DNA of 34,200 nt, from the IMG/VR virus record IMGVR_UViG_2061766007_001950; one strand, written 5' to 3'. The notes beneath the pieces were generated by a model. The model was not told the origin of the DNA. It saw nothing but the letters and a program-made list of their open reading frames with translations, and did no database searches. Below, piece after piece: positions 32,288-34,200 of this stretch. The stretch comes from an uncultured virus (IMG/VR IMGVR_UViG_2061766007_001950) (lineage: Duplodnaviria; Heunggongvirae; Uroviricota; Caudoviricetes). Numbering within the stretch: the first letter of the stretch is position 1; every line of letters begins with the position of its first letter. The translations under genes and the position numbers were made by a program.

Positions 32288-34200
32288 AGACTCCTATGAG
32301 TTTGGCGTTTATGCCTGCATCGGAAGCTATACCAATGTCACAAGGGCTGATGGCGTTGATGCCTACACGGTAACGCCACGCATGAAATCCGATGCTCCCG
32401 TCTGGCAAGGCGGTCAGGTTCCGCATGCTCCCGGGAACGTATCTGTGAACGCAACAGCCATCAGCGGCACCGTGAAGGTAATCTGGGACTGGACATGGCG
32501 AGAGGCACAGAGCGCTGTCATCTCATGGGCTGATCATGAGGATGCATGGGAAAGCACCTCCGAGCCGGAGACCTATACGATCAATAACACCCATGCCGGT
32601 GAATGGAACGTNNNNNNNNNNCGCAACAGCCATAAGCGGCACTGTGAAGGTGGTCTGGGACTGGACATGGCGCGAGGCACAATGCGCGGTCATCTCATGG
32701 GCTGATCATGAGGATGCATGGGAAAGCACCGCTGAGCCGGAGACCTATACGATCAATAACACCCATGCCGGTGAATGGAACGTGTCCGGCCTTGAGACCG
32801 GCAAGAGATGGTACTTCAGGGTAAGGCTCGTCAAGGGCTATGGAGATAACGGTGTGTACGGTGCATGGTCTGCACCTGCCATGATCGACCTGTCGTCGGC
32901 TCCAAGCGTACCTACCCTTACACTATCCAAGGGTGTAATCACTGCCGATGGAAGCCTCTCCGCTTTCTGGTCATATGTATCCGGTGATGGAACCGGGCAG
33001 GCTTATGCGGAGATCTGTGAGGCAACAATCACAGGTGAAGGCGTCCAGCATGGCGATATTATTGCCAGCACTCAGACTGCCCAGCATATCACCCTGTATG
33101 CAGAAAAGCTCGGCTGGGCTTCCGGCGAGAGCCACTATTTATGTGTCAGAGTCGTATCCGGCTCCGGTCGTGTCTCTGACGAATGGTCTGATCCGGTACC
33201 AGTCATCATCGCAGAAGAGCTGACAGCTGTTATCGAAAGCACAAGCCTCGTGGGACAGGAAATCGTCGTCGATGACAATTCCAGAACGGTGATGGCGCTT
33301 ACCGCGCTGCCTCTTACGGCAGCCATTACCGGCGCAGGAACAGGTGGCACGACTACCCTCGTCATTGAACGGGCGGAGGACTATCACATTGACAGGCCGG
33401 ATGAGCAGGACTTCAACGGCTTTGAAGGAGAAACGATCCTACTGTTCTCACAGACAGGCGAAGCTCCGATCACAATACGCCGGGAGGATCTGATCGGAAA
33501 CCTTGACGACGGAGCTCAATACCGCCTGCTGGCGACCGTGCAGGACAGTCTCGGTCAGAGCAGCACAGCAAGCATCGACTTCGAAGTGCACTGGTCACAT
33601 CAGGCTGTGATCCCGGAAGGAACCGCATCCATCTCAGGGACGGTCGCATTCATCACTCCGATTGCACCGGAAGGCTTCATGGAGGGAGACACCTGTGATA
33701 TCTACAGGCTCTCAGCTGACAGGCCGGAGCTCATTGTGTCCGGCGGAGACTTTGGTGTGACCTACGTCGACCCTTACCCTGCCATTGGTGAGTTTGGAGG
33801 CCACCGGATCGTTTATCGTACTGCTGATGGTGATTACATCACAGCGGAGAACGAGATCGCATGGCTGGATATCACGGCTGAGGACGGCGATGCCCTAAAT
33901 ATCGTCTATTCCCTGATCGACTTCGAGGGCGAACAGATCGAGTTTTACTATGATGTCACCCACTCCAACACGTGGGAGAAGGACTTCAAGGAAACGAGAT
34001 ACCTTGGCGGCTCCGTTACCGGTGACTGGAACAAGGCCATCGGCAGGACGGCATCCTTAAAGGGCTCAACGGTAACCATCAAGGATCAGGACACGATGCG
34101 NNNNNNNNNNTCCAGACAAGGAAGCCACGGTCGGCATCATCCCAGCCGGACAGACGCAGGTCGCTGTGCAGTGTCCGGACTGGTCTTCCGAGGAATCCTA
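32288..34200 (+). CDS. Large fibronectin type III-containing tail protein, partial
   Basis: Long frame from 32623 towards 34100 containing WNVSGLETGKRWYFRVRLV...GAWS (FN3 signature). The last fragment (34111-34200) ends CPDWSSEES and appears to belong upstream of DSYEFGV at 32289. Confidence 0.78.

Larger units (their letters stand above)
1..34200 (+). mobile_element. Temperate siphophage/prophage, HK97-like head with long non-contractile tail; composite of several close variants
   Basis: Canonical order of replication, packaging, head and tail genes on one strand; GGAGG ribosome-binding sites. No integrase, lysis genes or att sites in the window. Confidence 0.95.

Noticed and set aside
31914..32705. 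Tape measure fused to the FN3 tail protein
   Set aside because: The fusion reads through a 121-N gap, so it is not supported.
921..32760. Tandem gene duplications or repeat-expanded proteins
   Set aside because: Every repeat boundary coincides with an N gap and fragments start and stop mid-gene, which indicates assembly bubbles.
7268..32760. Diversity-generating retroelement template/variable repeat pairs
   Set aside because: Differences between copies are mostly synonymous and not adenine-specific, occur in all genes, and no reverse transcriptase is present.
1073..33387. Numerous minus-strand ORFs (e.g. 28348-29178, 29182-30162, 19314-20324)
   Set aside because: They are antisense shadows of well-supported plus-strand genes, with no recognisable motifs.

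Overview
This window is a heavily gapped scaffold covering most of an HK97-like temperate siphophage or prophage, probably of a Firmicutes (Clostridia-type) host. All genes are on the + strand. The order is: P4/D5-type primase-helicase, VRR-NUC nuclease, SNF2 helicase, small ORF, RinA/DUF1492-like late activator, HNH endonuclease, probable cos region, terS, a shortened MetK-like protein, ParB-DNA methyltransferase, an accessory array of small genes, terL, portal, ClpP-type protease, capsid, head-tail genes, major tail protein, frameshifting tail chaperones, tape measure, and an FN3-containing tail protein. Nearly every gene appears as 2-5 overlapping, slightly divergent fragments joined by 10-N gaps, so the scaffold is a tiling of co-assembled variants rather than real duplications. 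Gene coordinates are therefore composite spans. The most notable observations are: (1) a cassette-like accessory array between the methyltransferase and terL, in which units start with a fixed-spacing repeat (GACTTGCTAT-N10-TAGAG) and two positions end in a hairpin carrying TCGT, with one whole unit present or absent between variants; (2) a hidden IS110-family transposase C-terminus and structured right end inside that array; (3) an apparent ATC start codon for terL behind a terminator; (4) a minimal MetK translationally coupled to the methyltransferase. All family assignments come from motif recognition, not database searches.
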